IMG/VR virus record: IMGVR_UViG_3300044724_000207
Span: 1-24,054 of that record
Length of the DNA: 24,054 nucleotides
Source: a virus
Taxonomy: Duplodnaviria > Caudoviricetes
Reading direction: 5' to 3' (one strand)
How positions within the stretch are numbered: the stretch's first letter is position 1; each line of letters begins with the position of its first letter. The position numbers were made by a program, and so were the translations under genes. The notes below the pieces were generated by a model. The model had not been told where the DNA came from and did not search any database. It was given only the letters and a program-made list of their open reading frames with translations. Positions 1 to 9,497 of the stretch are shown here, in pieces.

Positions 1-791
1 AAGTTAAAGATACCGTTAGCAGTAACGTTAGCTTGTTGAGCACCAGTTTTTGCTTGGCTGTTTACAGTTCTGATAACTTCTCTATTGATTTCTGCAAGGA
101 TTTCAGTAGATAGAATGTTAGCAAGTTCTGTTTCAGCGTCAAGACCGTGGATTGCTTTAAGGTCTTGAGCAAGTTCTAGTGTGTACTCAGCTTTTAACGC
201 ACGTGACTTAGCAGTAACAGTTTGTCTTTCAATGGTGAAACCCATTTCGTTGAAAGATGAACCGCCTGTACGTCCTAATGCTTCAGCGTCTACAGTTGGC
301 ATTCCGCCAGCAGCTAGGTTACTCAAACGAGCACCTTCACTGTCAACACCATTCCAACCAGATGCGTTATCTGAATCGTGAGTTCCAGAAGAATCACCTG
401 AGAATTGTGTTTCTGCTTCGTTGAATAAAGCTTCACGGTTTGAAGTTGAACCACCTTGGTATCTTGACTTCATAGCGAAGATAAGACCTGTTGGGCCGTT
501 CATAGGTTGTACACCACATACATCGTATGCGATTAGGTTAGGCATAGCACGTCTGACCAAGCTGATTAATACTGGGTCAAAGTTATTTACTGAACCTGTT
601 GCGTTAGCAGGAGCAGCAGCGTTTTCACTTAAGAAACCCATAGAAGCAGAACGCTCTTCAGCGATTGCTTTTTCTTGGTTCTCAAGGATAGCGGCAGTTA
701 CCGCACGGCGATGATTATCTTTAATCTCGCCAGCAGACTCTTCGTTTAGAACTGGAGCCCACTTTTCAATCAAATTATCGTAAGATTGCAT
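1..791 (-). CDS. gp23: T4-like major capsid protein (N-terminal part; runs off the left edge)
   Basis: Not in the ORF track. Manual translation from ATG at 791 gives MQSYDNLIEKWAPVLNEE...FDPVLISLVRRAMPNLIAYDVCGVQPMNGPTGLIFAMKSRY...EMGFTIERQTVTAKSRALKAEYTLELAQDLKAIHGLDAETELANILSTEILAEINREVIRT, which contains hallmark gp23 motifs. An AAGGA RBS lies upstream and the gene follows gp22. Confidence 0.98.
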   Translation of the reverse strand, partial: MQSYDNLIEKWAPVLNEESAGEIKDNHRRAVTAAILENQEKAIAEERSASMGFLSENAAAPANATGSVNNFDPVLISLVRRAMPNLIAYDVCGVQPMNGPTGLIFAMKSRYQGGSTSNREALFNEAETQFSGDSSGTHDSDNASGWNGVDSEGARLSNLAAGGMPTVDAEALGRTGGSSFNEMGFTIERQTVTAKSRALKAEYTLELAQDLKAIHGLDAETELANILSTEILAEINREVIRTVNSQAKTGAQQANVTANGIFN

Positions 792-807
792 TGTTTACTT
801 CCTTTAA

Positions 808-1863
808 TTATCTTTTAGGGGTTTGTTTACGGATAGTTTGGAGGTATTGTTCCATTACAGAAGATACTTCAGTTGTACTGTCTGCGTCTTCTACAATTTC
901 TTCTACTTCGTCACTTCCAACTATTTGTTTTTTAAAGTATGACTCTTTGACTGTCTTAACTTTGTCAGCGAATTGTTCTTCACTTTCAAAATCAATATCT
1001 TCAACGAGTGACTTTAATTTCTCAACTTGAGTTTCTGCAAGGTCACCTGACGCTTCACGAATAATCGTTTCACGTTTGTAAACTTCCAGTTCCTCAGTAG
1101 TGTCTAGAACTTTCTGAGTAGTTTCGTTGAGTTTAGTCTCAAGTTCTTCTACAGATTCAGCAAGTTCGTCAACTAGGTCAACCTTGGACTCAGGAACGTC
1201 AATGTAAGATTCTACGAATAGGTCTTTCATTTTGTCCATAAAAGTCTCAGCAATTTCAGTACGTAAACCGTTCTGGATTGCTACTTGATTTTCTTCCATC
1301 CAAGTTTCAACTACATAGTTAAGGTAGCTATCTACTTTTTCTACAAGTTCAGCTTTAGTTGAAGATACTTCTTCATCTAACTCTTCCTTGTACTGTTTTT
1401 CAAGTCTATCAACTTCTTCTGATAGTTTTGATTTTACAGCTGTTTCAAACAATATTGCAGTTTTAGCTTTAAACTCATCACTGAGTGTTGCTTCAGACTC
1501 AACTAGTGCGTCTAATTCAGCAGAAGTATCAACTTGTGTTTCCACGAGTTCGTCATTCTCTTCCATATCTACTGATTCATTGTAACTGGCATAAAGTTTA
1601 TTCATCTCTGTTTTAGACATTTTCAACATTTTGTCAGTCATTGCACTAATCATACCTGCTTTAGTTTTTGGAACAGGAGATTTTTTTACTGCTTTTGCTG
1701 CCTTATCTACAGACGCAATTGACTCTTCTTCGTCAGTTGCATTTGCATCAGGTTTCCCTTTAGGCATTGGAGCAGTACTTTCGTCTACGAGAGTTTCTTC
1801 CACTATTTCATCGTTAATAGATTCATTGTGGAGTTCAACCTCTTGTTTTACTTCTTCGGTCAT
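808..1863 (-). CDS. gp22: Prohead core scaffolding protein
   Basis: Very acidic coiled-coil 351-aa protein with motifs LSDEFKAKTAILFE and KVDSYLNYVVETWMEEN. It lies between gp21 and gp23. Confidence 0.93.
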   Translation of the reverse strand: MTEEVKQEVELHNESINDEIVEETLVDESTAPMPKGKPDANATDEEESIASVDKAAKAVKKSPVPKTKAGMISAMTDKMLKMSKTEMNKLYASYNESVDMEENDELVETQVDTSAELDALVESEATLSDEFKAKTAILFETAVKSKLSEEVDRLEKQYKEELDEEVSSTKAELVEKVDSYLNYVVETWMEENQVAIQNGLRTEIAETFMDKMKDLFVESYIDVPESKVDLVDELAESVEELETKLNETTQKVLDTTEELEVYKRETIIREASGDLAETQVEKLKSLVEDIDFESEEQFADKVKTVKESYFKKQIVGSDEVEEIVEDADSTTEVSSVMEQYLQTIRKQTPKR

Positions 1864-1873
1864 GTTTGTCTCC

Positions 1874-2536
1874 TTACATGCTAGATTTGATTAACGAGAG
1901 GAAATTTTTAAACTCACGTACACTTGTCTCATACAAGACAGGTTTCGGAGCGGTTTTAATTTCAGTCTCCATTTCTTCAATTACTTGAGGTTTAAGAACA
2001 CCGTTATTCCAAACCCAATCTACACCTTCCATTATACCATTAACAAATGCTTCTGGTGCCGATGGGTCTTGTACTATGTCAACAGTACTAAGAATAAAGT
2101 CGTCTTTGACGTACATAGCGCCATTCTTTTGCTCAAGACTACCCATACCACGAGTTGACACTCCTAGTTGGACACCACCATCAAGTAGACCTTTAACAAT
2201 CTTACCCATTGGTGTTTCCAATATTTGTGCCTTTCCGACCACATCATTTCCCTGAAATTTCAGTTCAGTGATAAGGTGCGAAACTTTGTCTAAGTTAACT
2301 GTCGGCCCTTCAGGGTGGTTGAGTTCCCCTACTGCCCGTTTCTTAGAAACTTGTTCTTGGTCATATTTTGCTACCGCTTTTTCCATAATGGATTTAGGGT
2401 AGATACGACCATTTCTGTTCTTTTTGTCTGCTTGTGCGAAAACGCCTTCAATGATGTAGTTCTTCTCACCATTTTCTTTCTTCTCAATTAAACACTTGAG
2501 AGAATCGTTTTCTGTAAATTCTGTAATTAACTTCAT
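1874..2536 (-). CDS. gp21: Prohead core protease
   Basis: Motifs IEGVFAQADKKNRNGRIYP, GELNHP, LGVSTRGMGSL and DIVQDPSAPEAFV are typical of T4 gp21. Confidence 0.97.
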   Translation of the reverse strand: MKLITEFTENDSLKCLIEKKENGEKNYIIEGVFAQADKKNRNGRIYPKSIMEKAVAKYDQEQVSKKRAVGELNHPEGPTVNLDKVSHLITELKFQGNDVVGKAQILETPMGKIVKGLLDGGVQLGVSTRGMGSLEQKNGAMYVKDDFILSTVDIVQDPSAPEAFVNGIMEGVDWVWNNGVLKPQVIEEMETEIKTAPKPVLYETSVREFKNFLSLIKSSM

Positions 2537-2763
2537 TAGGTTAATTCCTTTATAACTTTTTGTGCAGACCTTTCTGCGTCCTTTTGTGATTTGAAGGCAT
2601 CTAATTTATCGCCATCAACATATGCCACAAAAGGAAGGTTTCCCTTCTTCTGTTTGTATATCTCTACGGATATACGTTTAATCTTCTTATTGTATACCAG
2701 TTCACCTTGGTCAAGTTTCTTACGTTCTTGAATAGATTCTAGTATTTGTCTATAAGTTTTCAT
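2536..2763 (-). CDS. Small basic protein in the gp68 (prohead core) position
   Basis: 75-aa ORF whose stop overlaps the gp21 ATG, preceded by a perfect late promoter. The assignment rests on synteny only. Confidence 0.6.
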   Translation of the reverse strand: MKTYRQILESIQERKKLDQGELVYNKKIKRISVEIYKQKKGNLPFVAYVDGDKLDAFKSQKDAERSAQKVIKELT

Positions 2764-2771
2764 AATAGTAT

Positions 2772-2779
2772 TATTTATA
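2772..2779 (-). promoter_or_regulatory. T4-type late promoter (gp55 sigma factor), TATAAATA
   Basis: Plus-strand tatttata at 2772-2779 reads TATAAATA on the minus strand. It is intergenic and 8 nt upstream of the ATG at 2763. Confidence 0.85.
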
Positions 2780-2806
2780 CAAATTAATATTTACGGAGTA
2801 CATATG

Positions 2807-3583
2807 TTAAAAAAATCTATCCCATATTTCCTTAAAATCGTCTGGTTTTTCAAAATAATCCCACATATTATCAACTGGATGTGGTATTTTTCTCATTACT
2901 GGACGTTCTAAGGGGTCTAAACTATCGTCTAACTTATCACTTAGTCGGACAATTGAGTGACTATCTTCCGCTAATTCTTCGTATGATATCCATTTATCAG
3001 TTGTTTCTTCGCAATTATTGTTATATCTTACTAACGAATCATACCAGATTGGGAAGAAATCGTGAGCAAACTTATCAAAGTTTCCTACTAATGTCTTTCT
3101 TTTATTGCTTATATAATCCGCAGATTCTTTATTATGTGCGTGAAACATATTTACATCGTTAATCGCTACACATAAAGCGGTTGACATAAACCACTTTAAC
3201 TTATCTTTACGGTATAAGGATATTACTTCCCACCCTTCATTTTTCAACTCAGATACGTGTGCATACTCTTTTTCATTCCAAATATTTGAAATAGTAAAGG
3301 GTAATTTATTAGTTTTTAACTCTTCACTAATATCCTCATAGTTAGAACCAAAAGGATGTTCCGTACCATAATGGTCTAAAGATAATCCTGCAAAAGGTTC
3401 TATGGGATTCTTAATATGAGTATAGCAGTCTGGAGTGTCTAAATTATTCATTAGACCATAAACCTGCATATAACAATTACCCCAAAGAGGTTTCCAAGAT
3501 TCATCTTGTTTAACCAAGTTGTCCATAATAATATTGTGAGCGAAGTACGAACCTGTCCTCGCCATCGTATTTAATATAATCAA
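2807..3583 (-). CDS. PAPS-dependent sulfotransferase-like protein (Stf0/NodH-like P-loop fold)
   Basis: Likely start is the TTG at 3583, just after the gp67 stop (MIILNTMARTGSYF, ~258 aa). It has a 5'-PSB-like RTGS loop after a hydrophobic strand, a 3'-PB-like ISLYRKDKLKWFMS and a downstream ISYEEL motif. The track's extension to 3637 overlaps gp67 and is probably spurious. Confidence 0.7.
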   Translation of the reverse strand: MIILNTMARTGSYFAHNIIMDNLVKQDESWKPLWGNCYMQVYGLMNNLDTPDCYTHIKNPIEPFAGLSLDHYGTEHPFGSNYEDISEELKTNKLPFTISNIWNEKEYAHVSELKNEGWEVISLYRKDKLKWFMSTALCVAINDVNMFHAHNKESADYISNKRKTLVGNFDKFAHDFFPIWYDSLVRYNNNCEETTDKWISYEELAEDSHSIVRLSDKLDDSLDPLERPVMRKIPHPVDNMWDYFEKPDDFKEIWDRFF

Positions 3584-3587
3584 TGTC

Positions 3588-3926
3588 TTAGTTTTCTTCT
3601 GAGTCTTCTTCGGTGTCTTCTTCGTATTCCACTTCATCGTGGTCTGAGATTTCTACATTTTCTAAATCTTCAACTTCTGGCAACGTGTCCTCTTCGTCTC
3701 CGATTATACCTTCTTCGTCATCTAAAAGGTCTTCGTCAGCGTCATTAAAGATTGCTTGTGCAGTCGCAATACGTTGTGCTTCTAGTGCGTCTGCCATTTT
3801 ATCCGTGACAATACTATGGAATGAACCTTCTGCTTTGTTAAGGTCACCTGTAGTAATCTGATTGATAAGTTCTGCAACCGCAGTAGGTTCTTCGGTCTGA
3901 ACTTCTTGATTATCTAATTCACTCAT
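3588..3926 (-). CDS. gp67: Prohead core protein (gp67-like), highly acidic
   Basis: 112 aa with a D/E-rich C-terminal half, immediately downstream of the portal gene as in T4-like phages. Confidence 0.7.
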   Translation of the reverse strand: MSELDNQEVQTEEPTAVAELINQITTGDLNKAEGSFHSIVTDKMADALEAQRIATAQAIFNDADEDLLDDEEGIIGDEEDTLPEVEDLENVEISDHDEVEYEEDTEEDSEEN

Positions 3927-3929
3927 TGT

Positions 3930-5435
3930 TTATTCCTCGTCTTGGTCTTGAACAGAGTTTTCTGCTTCGACCTGTTGTTTCATTTCTTCAATGTCTTCGT
4001 CAGACATCATCATTACGTTTTTCATTGCCCACTCACGTGAGAAATATTCACCAACATACTGAGATATTTGGTCTAAAGTTTGCAGTCTATTTTGTAATAT
4101 TTCTGAGTCCTTTAGTTCAGTAAAGTGGTTATCTTTTTGGAAGTCTACAGTAATTGCATTCTTCCACTCTTCCCAATCCTGTTCAGTAATAATACCTTTA
4201 AGGATAAGTTGTTTCTTGAGAATACCAGTAAACAACATTGAGAATCTTCTACGTAGACGGTCAATAAACTTCTGGAACTTAACTTCGTCCCTAGAAATCT
4301 CTGTTGACCTACCTAGTGTAAATTGTGCTTCTTGTTCCAGACGATTGACTGGTACGTTCAATGAACGATACAATCTCTTCTGGAAGTATAAAATATCGTC
4401 AATCTGACCAAGGTTCTCACCGCCTGGCAGAGTAGTAATCTCTGTTCCTCTACCACCCTCTCTACGAGGTAACCAGAAGTCTTCCAACATTGACATATGT
4501 TTACGGTCATCTTTAAGTTGACCAGTACTTGAATCATATACAATCTTGTTTCTATAACGAGACATAATGTCACGCATATAGGTTTCTGATTTATTACGTG
4601 GCATATTACCCACGTCAATATAGAATATTCTACGTTCTGGGGCACGAGCAAGACGATAGATGACCAAAGAGTCTTCTAACATTCTTAATTGGTTAATTGG
4701 TTTTAGTGCCTTATGTAAATAGGATACAACCTGTCTCTTACTAGGGTCTAATAGACCACTAGACACATATGATACTGAATCTGGAGAAAGTCTTACACCT
4801 TGATTAGTTCCTGCTTTCTCTTGATAGATATAAAATTCTGAGACCTTCTCAACAATCTTTGCACCTGTTATTGGGTCTTTCTTGTGTTTTATTTCTTTTA
4901 CTTTACGAATCTTAGCAGCATCAATTGTTCTAATTTCTTGGATACCTGCTTTAAGATTTGATTCATTAACTACGAGGTGGTGATAAACACGACCATCAAC
5001 ATAGAATGAACGGAATATGTCATGACCTAAATCAGTGAATTTCAACATACCATAAATGTTGTTGAATTCTTCAATCATTTGTTTTTTGATATTATCTGGT
5101 GCTTCTACTTTATCCAGATTAATTTCGCACGAGGTATCCATCTCTCCACCAACGATAGATTCATTGACGATATCCTCAATAGCAGCGTCTACTTCAGGGT
5201 GTGACGCAACACCACGATATTTGATAATTAATTGTTGATTATCTTTTGCCTGACTTCCTTCCATGTCAATATATTGACCATAGTGAGAACCAGACGCAGT
5301 AACGTATCCTGCTCCGTCTTCATCGGTAGGAGCAACTATAGATTTTAGTTTGTCTTTTTCTTTTGGTTTTTGGTCTGACGCTCTCTTGAGTTCAAACCCA
5401 AATAGTTTAAGAATACTATTATCTTGTTCTGCCAT
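3930..5435 (-). CDS. gp20: Portal vertex protein
   Basis: Motifs HPEVDAAIEDIVNE, YLHKALKPINQLRMLEDSLVIYRLARAPERRIFYIDVGNMP and MLEDFWLPRREGGRGTEITTLPGG. Confidence 0.98.
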   Translation of the reverse strand: MAEQDNSILKLFGFELKRASDQKPKEKDKLKSIVAPTDEDGAGYVTASGSHYGQYIDMEGSQAKDNQQLIIKYRGVASHPEVDAAIEDIVNESIVGGEMDTSCEINLDKVEAPDNIKKQMIEEFNNIYGMLKFTDLGHDIFRSFYVDGRVYHHLVVNESNLKAGIQEIRTIDAAKIRKVKEIKHKKDPITGAKIVEKVSEFYIYQEKAGTNQGVRLSPDSVSYVSSGLLDPSKRQVVSYLHKALKPINQLRMLEDSLVIYRLARAPERRIFYIDVGNMPRNKSETYMRDIMSRYRNKIVYDSSTGQLKDDRKHMSMLEDFWLPRREGGRGTEITTLPGGENLGQIDDILYFQKRLYRSLNVPVNRLEQEAQFTLGRSTEISRDEVKFQKFIDRLRRRFSMLFTGILKKQLILKGIITEQDWEEWKNAITVDFQKDNHFTELKDSEILQNRLQTLDQISQYVGEYFSREWAMKNVMMMSDEDIEEMKQQVEAENSVQDQDEE

Positions 5436-5448
5436 TTATGTTCCTCAT

Positions 5449-5481
5449 AATAAAGAGGCAAGGGATAATTCCCTTACCTCT
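5449..5481 (-). terminator. Rho-independent terminator after gp19
   Basis: Minus strand reads GAGGTAAGGGA-ATTA-TCCCTTGCCTC-TTTATT: an 11-bp stem with one G:U pair, a 4-nt loop and a U-rich tail, located between gp19 and gp20. Confidence 0.75.
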
Positions 5482-5496
5482 CTATATATAACTAGA

Positions 5497-6024
5497 TTAA
5501 CTAGTTGTGTTAGATTCCCAGTATTGAATCTGGAACTCAACTGTAAACTCTTCAATAGTGTCTACAGTCTCATAACTTACATCGATTGGTGCAACGTTAG
5601 TTGGGAAACAACCACGGAAGTTATAAGTTTTAAGAGTTTCACCATCTCTATCTAATTGTTCAACTATCAAGTCTGCTTGATAATCAATAGGGTTAGTTAA
5701 ACCAGTATTAGCACTATGTGCATTGATACCGTTCATCCAACGTTCCATAGAATCACGGATTGTGAAATCCGTATCATTAATGATGGTTACAGTCCAAGGT
5801 TCAAAAGTCCTGTCACCAGCTACTTTTAACTGACGACCACGGAAAGGTACATCTACAAAGTTCATTATTGAGCCTGGCAACTGAGCAGTCTTACAAAGGA
5901 AAGACGTAAGTTCTACGTCTCCCCCTGCATAGCCTGGAAAGTTGACAGTCGCTTTAAACAGATTAGGACGAGCACCGCCCCCTCTGAGTTTTGACTTAAA
6001 GTCGTCTACGCCTAATATTGCCAT
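5497..6024 (-). CDS. gp19: Tail tube protein
   Basis: Motifs GGARPNLF, VPFRGRQLKVAGDRTFEPWTVTIIND and IEEFTVEFQIQYWE. Confidence 0.97.
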   Translation of the reverse strand: MAILGVDDFKSKLRGGGARPNLFKATVNFPGYAGGDVELTSFLCKTAQLPGSIMNFVDVPFRGRQLKVAGDRTFEPWTVTIINDTDFTIRDSMERWMNGINAHSANTGLTNPIDYQADLIVEQLDRDGETLKTYNFRGCFPTNVAPIDVSYETVDTIEEFTVEFQIQYWESNTTS

Positions 6025-6037
6025 TTTTCCTTACTCC

Positions 6038-7807
6038 TTATACTGTGCCAACTACTTCTTCAAACTCAACACCAGTTCTAACTGCAACAAAATTCAATGT
6101 TACGAAGTTAATAGAACGGGCAGGTTTGATGAAGATAGATGCGATGAATTCATTACGGTCAACCACAGCAGCAGTGTTATTCGTAGCGTCACAGACAACA
6201 CGGAAGTCCGTGATACCTCTTCGACCTTGAATTTCACGAAGAAACGGTTCTACAATGTTTACGAACTCGGCACGAGTAAACTCGTCATTGAATTCAAACA
6301 TTACATTACGTCCTGCAATTGCAATTGCTCTTTCAATTCCAAGGAACAATCTACGAACATTGATTCTGTCAAACGCAGAAGGTCTTGATTCGTTAGTTTT
6401 GTCACCAAAGAGCATAATGCCTTCGCCTGGAATGTTTGCAATTGGGTTGATACCAGCCTTATATAATGTATCTCTTTCTGCTTTAGTCGGAGATAGAATG
6501 ATGTCAGTAATACCAACATATCTACCACGTCTAGAACCAGCAGGAGAGAACCAAGGTGCTGCTACTAAGTCAGTAGCTGCCATTAATCCAGCTGTTGAGG
6601 AGTTAGCAGGAATCTTGATGTATTTGTCATTATACTTGTCAAATACTTTCAAGTAGTTGTTATCCTGTATTAGATACGAAGACTTCGTGTAAGTGTTATT
6701 ACAAGCTAGGACACCAGTATTAGTGCCTACAGTAATTACAGCGTTACGTGAAGGTGATGCGACAGCAACACAATCTTTACGAGTTGTGCCTGCAATACCT
6801 ACTAAATCATTTACGACAGTAGTTGCAGTTGCGTCTGCAATAGATTCTGGAGCAATTAAGAAATCTACTTCAATGTTGTCCTTATCTTCAAATTTATCGA
6901 AACCACGAAGTACATCGTCAGTTCCTAATGAAGAAGAGGTCACACCAGAAGCAAATGACCAAGTGCTTTGAGTTGCACTGAAGTTTTGTCCAGTTGCAAA
7001 GTTCTCACCAGAAGTTGTAGCGTTGTTGCCCCAGTTAGAACCTACAAAGTCACTCAGACTATCTGAGTCACCAGTATGGAAGTCACCAGAGTATACCCAA
7101 TTAGAACGATTCTTAAGAACGTCTTTATAGTAGTTTGAAGTTCCGTCACTCGCTTTTGCGTTTTTAGCAACAGACAAGAATGGGAATGTTTCAAGAATTG
7201 TTCCAGCAGTACCAGAAATTTCACCGTCTTCGTCAATGACTGCAACGTGAATTTCGTCATTAGACCCACCAAGGTCTGATACGAATTTAGATGTGCCTGG
7301 GGCAGCATCAAATTCAGATTTATATGCCCAATTGTCAAAGTTCAATGAAGAACCACTTGCACTGTCAGTTCCGATAACGGATACTTTCAATGAGTTACCA
7401 ATTGTGCCTGGGTACTTGGCAATAAACGCACCGTCAGAACTATCAAGAGATAAGTTCTCAAATGCGTCTAAGTTGTTGATTGCTTGTGCAGTCAAACTAC
7501 CTAGGGATGAATGGTTAGCAACAGCGTTAACGCCATCACTATCCTGCTCACGTACAACATACAGTGAGTTTGAGTATTTTAAAAAATAAGCAGCAGAATG
7601 GAAATCTACCGTATTTTCATTGGTTGGTGCTGAGAAGGTACTTACTAGTCCAGATTCGTCTGAGACCAGAGTCGCAACTCCGACAGGCCCCCAACCGAAA
7701 TTCCCCACGAATGCACCAGTAGAAGTTTGAACGTTAGGCACTACGCCCGTCAGGTCAATTTCTTTTACTGTTACAGCAGGAGAAGCAGAGGGTGTAAAAA
7801 GAGCCAT
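6038..7807 (-). CDS. gp18: Contractile tail sheath protein
   Basis: Motifs SPAVTVKEIDLT, FGWGP, PWFSPAG, FGDKT, SAFDRINVRRLF, FEFNDEFTR and IFIKPARSINFVTLNFVAVRTGVEFEE. Confidence 0.98.
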   Translation of the reverse strand: MALFTPSASPAVTVKEIDLTGVVPNVQTSTGAFVGNFGWGPVGVATLVSDESGLVSTFSAPTNENTVDFHSAAYFLKYSNSLYVVREQDSDGVNAVANHSSLGSLTAQAINNLDAFENLSLDSSDGAFIAKYPGTIGNSLKVSVIGTDSASGSSLNFDNWAYKSEFDAAPGTSKFVSDLGGSNDEIHVAVIDEDGEISGTAGTILETFPFLSVAKNAKASDGTSNYYKDVLKNRSNWVYSGDFHTGDSDSLSDFVGSNWGNNATTSGENFATGQNFSATQSTWSFASGVTSSSLGTDDVLRGFDKFEDKDNIEVDFLIAPESIADATATTVVNDLVGIAGTTRKDCVAVASPSRNAVITVGTNTGVLACNNTYTKSSYLIQDNNYLKVFDKYNDKYIKIPANSSTAGLMAATDLVAAPWFSPAGSRRGRYVGITDIILSPTKAERDTLYKAGINPIANIPGEGIMLFGDKTNESRPSAFDRINVRRLFLGIERAIAIAGRNVMFEFNDEFTRAEFVNIVEPFLREIQGRRGITDFRVVCDATNNTAAVVDRNEFIASIFIKPARSINFVTLNFVAVRTGVEFEEVVGTV

Positions 7808-7867
7808 AACTTTTTTCCTTTAATATTAATTATAAGTTTTCATAATACGGTAATGTTCACATACCTT

Positions 7868-7875
7868 TATTTATA
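7868..7875 (-). promoter_or_regulatory. T4-type late promoter TATAAATA upstream of gp18
   Basis: Plus-strand tatttata at 7868-7875, just after the gp17 stop and 60 nt before the gp18 ATG, which has an AAGGA RBS. Confidence 0.85.
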
Positions 7876-7877
7876 CA

Positions 7878-9497
7878 TTACCAATCTTCTACGCCTATAT
7901 CTACACCTTCAAAGGTGTGCCATCCCATAGATTTTTGTTGTTCTTCCTCTCTAACTTGGTCTAAACCGTCATCAATAAACCCTACAGGAGGTACATCGTC
8001 TTCAATTTCTTTCATTTTCTTTGCAAACATCATTTCTTTTAGGTTGATATCTGTCATATCTGCAAAGAATTGAGACGATACAAAGTATCCAAATAGGACT
8101 AAATTCATCATTAAATCGTCATGATTACCGTCAGACGCTTCATAAGATTGACCTTTAGAGACAAAAGTAGATATCTCCATAATAGTATTCTCATCAACAA
8201 TCTGTAGTTTTTGGTTTTCTAAGATATCTTTGATTGCAGAACAACCAAGTCGTTTCACTTTACGATTCATTTCAATACCAATACGGTCTGCTTTAATTGC
8301 AGATTCCATATGGATATTATCATATTCTAAGTCTTGATACAATCCATTACAAACTAAAGTCCCTTGGTCATTAGATTCAATTACGACATATGCCTCGTTA
8401 TAGACTTTTGCGTACTTATATATAATATTAGGCAAGAGTATTGGAGATATAGTATTATTGCGATAGATAGCAACCTGTTTAAAGGGTCTTACGCTGATAT
8501 CAATTACCGTTGCGGTAGAATAATCCTGACCTCTTCCCTTTGATACGTCTACAGTCATGATATAATCGTGGTCTTTGTTTGGACGGTCATATATTAATAA
8601 GTCGCCACCCTCAAGAACTTCTTTTGGGTTAGACGCTCTAAATGATAATAATGTTTCGGCATTGATTAGGGTATCCCCTGTCCCATAAAAAGTGTTTCCA
8701 AACTCTTGGTCAAACTGTAATTGAGACGTATTCGCAATTGTTTGTGATTTCCACTTCTCGTCTCTGCCTGGCACGTCCCACCAGTTAACAGTAAAAGGAA
8801 CAAACTCATTTACCTTCTGAACTGCACCTTCCCATATCTTATGGAAAGTATTACCAATACCGTTTGCGGTAGAAGTAATAATAACTTTGGTATCTTTACC
8901 TGCGGAGATAACTGGATAGGTAGAAGTATAGAACTCGTTTGCACGTTCAACAAAAGCAAACTCGTCAAGGAATAGTAAGTTAACAGACATACCACGAATA
9001 GAACTACCAGAGGTTGCACTTGCAATAATTCTACTATTATTACTAAACTCAATAGAACCTTTGTTAAGTGCTTTACAGCCTGGCTGTAAAAAGAATGGTA
9101 AGTTCTCTAACATAAGAGTGATACGTGCTAACATTTCTCTTGCAGTCGCACCTTTGTTAGCAAGTACAGCAATAGTTTTCTCACTATGAAAACAAGCATA
9201 CCAAATAATATATCCTACCGAACTAATAGATTTACCAGATTGACGACACGCAAGAACAATAGAGAATCTATTATTATTGAAGTGGTTAAACATTTTTTCT
9301 TGATAAGGATAAAGATTAAAAGGAACTAATCCTTCATCAAGAGAGATAACTTTGAGGTATTTCTTACAGAAATATGTAGGGTCTTTAGAACACTTTAAGT
9401 ATTCTTTAACCTCTTCTTCGGTAAAATTGTGTTGAACTCCATCACGCTTGACATTGATATTGCCAAGATAATGGTCATTCGTCTGTTGGTTCTGCAT
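7878..9497 (-). CDS. gp17: Terminase large subunit
   Basis: Walker A-like ACRQSGKS, Walker B LLFLDEFAFV, coupling motif IITSTANG, and nuclease acidic motifs VDVSKGRGQDYS and GNHDDLMM. Confidence 0.98.
   Translation of the reverse strand: MQNQQTNDHYLGNINVKRDGVQHNFTEEEVKEYLKCSKDPTYFCKKYLKVISLDEGLVPFNLYPYQEKMFNHFNNNRFSIVLACRQSGKSISSVGYIIWYACFHSEKTIAVLANKGATAREMLARITLMLENLPFFLQPGCKALNKGSIEFSNNSRIIASATSGSSIRGMSVNLLFLDEFAFVERANEFYTSTYPVISAGKDTKVIITSTANGIGNTFHKIWEGAVQKVNEFVPFTVNWWDVPGRDEKWKSQTIANTSQLQFDQEFGNTFYGTGDTLINAETLLSFRASNPKEVLEGGDLLIYDRPNKDHDYIMTVDVSKGRGQDYSTATVIDISVRPFKQVAIYRNNTISPILLPNIIYKYAKVYNEAYVVIESNDQGTLVCNGLYQDLEYDNIHMESAIKADRIGIEMNRKVKRLGCSAIKDILENQKLQIVDENTIMEISTFVSKGQSYEASDGNHDDLMMNLVLFGYFVSSQFFADMTDINLKEMMFAKKMKEIEDDVPPVGFIDDGLDQVREEEQQKSMGWHTFEGVDIGVEDW

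Noticed and set aside
3584-3637. N-terminal extension MKWNTKKTPKKTQKKTKT of the 276-aa ORF
   Set aside because: It is the off-frame reading of the acidic gp67 tail. A TTG start at 3583 places the RTGS motif at the usual N-terminal position.
5483-5490. TATATATA here and near 21038-21045 as late promoters
   Set aside because: Each has one mismatch to TATAAATA in AT-rich spacers, and the first lies upstream of the terminator hairpin. Too weak to call.
7878-9497. Possible intron, intein or homing endonuclease in terminase, portal, sheath or capsid genes
   Set aside because: The ORFs are uninterrupted and of normal or compact length. No intein splice motifs or HNH/GIY-YIG/LAGLIDADG ORFs were seen.
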